A DNA stretch of 64,000 bases from Balanoglossus misakiensis (lineage: Eukaryota; Animalia; Hemichordata), in NCBI GenBank assembly GCA_040954595.2, contig CM082598.2, positions 7,207,097 through 7,271,096 on the forward strand, read 5' to 3'. Shown piece by piece: positions 61,481-64,000 of this stretch (positions within the stretch are counted from its first letter, which is position 1; every line of letters begins with the position of its first letter). The notes below the pieces were generated by a model. That model did not search any database and was not told the origin of the DNA. It saw only the letters and a list, made by a program, of their open reading frames with translations. A program made the translations under genes and the position numbers.

Positions 61481-62019
61481 TACATCCTAAGTATCTTTTT
61501 TTCACACCAGAAGACAATGCATAGTTGCTTTACGTATGGCAGACTTTGTATTACGATAGACACTGACAACCAGTTACATCTGTCTAGCATACAAATATGG
61601 TCATATTGAAATAAGGCATTACAATGGAAACAAAGTAAAGCTAATGCAAGAATTAGTACAGAACAAGTCTATTCAGTTACTACACTGGAATAACCATTCT
61701 GTGTTATTTGATCTGTTTAAAATTAAGATGTTATGAGCAATAAACTAAACACTGAAGAATGAGGTGATAGCTTTGGAATGGATGCATCTGTATACAGTAA
61801 ATGAGAATTATAAATATTCCAAATCCCCAACGCTTGACTGTCTGGATTAATTGACAATTCCCGCATACCTTGAGAAATTTCTGACATTTCTTTGGGCATC
61901 TGGGTTTCAGTTAGTACATAGAAGTTACAATGGTAATGAAGGCATGAACAGTCTCCTGTTCATTATAGTCAGTTTCCCGTATAAATTTATTGATTCAGAA
62001 TATCAAAAAGACTACTTGA

Positions 62020-62262
62020 TTAATGCTGTGTTTGTTGCATGCTGGGTGCCAAGCCCATCTGAGGTACCTGTGGTCGCGGCCATGGCTGTTGTCCTAGTAA
62101 CAGCTGTTGTTGTTGTTGTTGTGATAACTGCTGCTGTTGTTGTTGCCATGTTTGTTGTGTTGCTGCTGGTTGTTGTTGTTGTGGTGGTGGAATGGTTGCT
62201 TGTGTACCGCTAGCTTGTTGTTGTTGCTGTTGCTGTTGATTGCAAACAAAATGGTTTTCTTG
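62020..62262 (-). other. Gln-rich open frame (possible exon or pseudo-exon of an unidentified gene)
   Basis: Reads ..CNQQQQQQQQASGTQATIPPPQQQQPAATQQTWQQQQQQLSQQQQQQLLLGQQPWPRPQVPQMGLAPSMQQTQH*, with CAA/CAG wobble variation. No upstream ATG; splice-like sites at 62339 (AG) and 61868 (GTATGC). Confidence 0.35.
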
Positions 62263-62601
62263 TTAAAGTCACTTCACAGAAGGTGGCAATGTATCAGGAG
62301 ACGGCTCTCTTTCACATTGTTCACATTTGTTAATCTGACTGAAATTTAGGGCAGCAAAAAGTAATTGTACTTTGGTGAATAGATTTAGGCCACATCTTAA
62401 ATATTATTGTTAATTTCAGGACCACATTGACCAATGTTGACCTCATTCTAGGCTAGCCAATAGAGTAAGAAGTCTAGTTTTTGTTGGACATAGTTCAGTT
62501 TATGATCAACGTTTTTTGACAAAATTTTGGGTGACCTCTGGGTGACATTTGCTCTACTTTTGCCATATCTCAGCATCCTCAACAGATAATCCTCGATTTT
62601 T

Positions 62602-62638
62602 AAGCTCACCTAGGGTACCTGTCTATGCATTGCCTATT
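62602..62638 (+). mobile_element. Subterminal fragment related to the Kolobok-type element at 42284
   Basis: AAGCTCACCTAGGGTACCTGTCTATGCATTGCCTATT is identical to 42329-42365; the TIR is missing and downstream sequence diverges. Confidence 0.6.
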
Positions 62639-64000
62639 CAGTCTGCACGATAGCCCCAACCTATGAATGCCGGGTAATATCCACAACAGAGGCATTATCC
62701 ATGCGCGTAATTGAAAGTAAACAAAAGCCAGCGATATTGGCGAATTTAAGTTGCGGTTTTCTCGTAAACTAGAGAATGACTTTACTATTATGAGGATGGG
62801 AGGTGTCGACTGCATGTCTGACGAACGTTGTGCAGTAATTTGTTGCTAAATATACATTTTTCAAAACATTTTTTTTTCACTCTGAATTAAGGTTGCTAAA
62901 ATTCCTTAATTTGAAGCATACTCGACTTTCAACATTTGTACTTTTTGGTGTAAAGACGGGATTGCCGATTTATGTGGATTAAACGTACCTCAGTATGAAA
63001 ATAAACGAAAATCAGGTCAACTGGGTTCACTGAGCGCGCTTGCTGTCGGCAGAAATGTAGCCAATTTACGTTAGTCGATATTGGGCAAAATCCGAATATT
63101 TTGTCAATTTTAGGGCAAAATCTTGGTCTTGGCGTCAACTCTGTGCAAAAAAAGCTGCAACTATCGTGTTCGGGAAGTCATGGACTGTCCAGTAAGCGGG
63201 TCCTACGATGCTGCCGGTTCCGTAGGATTCCTCAGCGCGTGACCAAATAAAGAGTACATTTTCCGGGGGATTTACAGGCCTCTCTTTGATATGTTGTACT
63301 TTTTGGTCTAAAAATCATATCGGCAATCTTGTATGAAAAATATGCCCTTCTGATATTATCTTTCATTCCAAAATAGTCAATTGTGCAGTCAAATGCTAAG
63401 ATGTGCCCGTAGTATTATATAAATATGAGGAAAAATATAGAAAATGCTATTATTTTCGAGTCCATTTTGTTCGAACGTTTGAGCCATTAGGAGAGTGCAA
63501 ACCCCTACATTGACACATGGTTTACTCCAGGGATCTTTCAGCTTCAAAATGCAACACTCTCGGTTTGCCGCCTACCCAAATTTTGTTTTGAAACGCGTGA
63601 GTTTGAAGACATGCATAGAAAACCATTGATTGACACACGCCGGATTTCGGTCATGTGAGCATTTAGCGCCGCATTGTCCAATCCAGTTTTATTTTATTGA
63701 ATGCAGCATGTCATTTGTCACTCCCCATAAAGTTTTGCGTTGGCAGATATGCCCCAATATGGTAAAAAATGGGCGTAAAAGTCAAGTCTGGTGACATGGC
63801 GGGAAATTCTCACGTGTGAAGATCAACTCAATAATAATGTCATGTGATACCATAGAGCTGCGTCTATTGGTGGAAAGTGGCAGGTCATGCATAATGAGCG
63901 TCTCTCTACATTATATCATTTGCTCATTCATGTGAGGCAGACTAATACGGAAGTATCTCATCGGTGTTCTTAGCTAATTGGACTTTAGTTCGGGTTGAAT

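Noticed and set aside
61851-62349. Val/Leu-rich plus-strand ORFs resembling membrane proteins
   Set aside because: They are the antisense reading of the (CAA/CAG)-rich tract.

Overview
Repeat-dominated animal (probably marine invertebrate) genomic DNA with no clearly intact host gene. From left to right: (1) the 3' end of an Ngaro-type DIRS tyrosine-recombinase retrotransposon (RNase H, YR split by a 1-nt frameshift, split direct repeats) abutting an ~88-bp satellite; (2) a young minus-strand Ty3/Gypsy element with a chromodomain integrase (531-bp TG...TA LTRs, tRNA-Ala-type PBS, PPT), arranged as a tandem dimer sharing one LTR with a truncated, rearranged second copy; (3) a 15.7-kb satellite of 192-bp monomers with layered higher-order repeats; (4) an isolated 53-nt D-armless tRNA-like (mascRNA-like) fold on the minus strand at 31180-31232; (5) a Helentron/HINE-like element and a related ~0.9-kb-unit array, interrupted at TTAA sites by an open-frame piggyBac (predicted start-codon mini-exon, AT-hook/RG tail) and a 576-bp Kolobok-type element, with 1788-bp and ~6.2-kb duplications; (6) an RTE-X LINE 3' relic, adjacent MITEs and a possible Gln-rich minus-strand exon. 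Most short ORFs in the track are repeat artefacts. Family assignments rest on motif recognition only; no searches were run.
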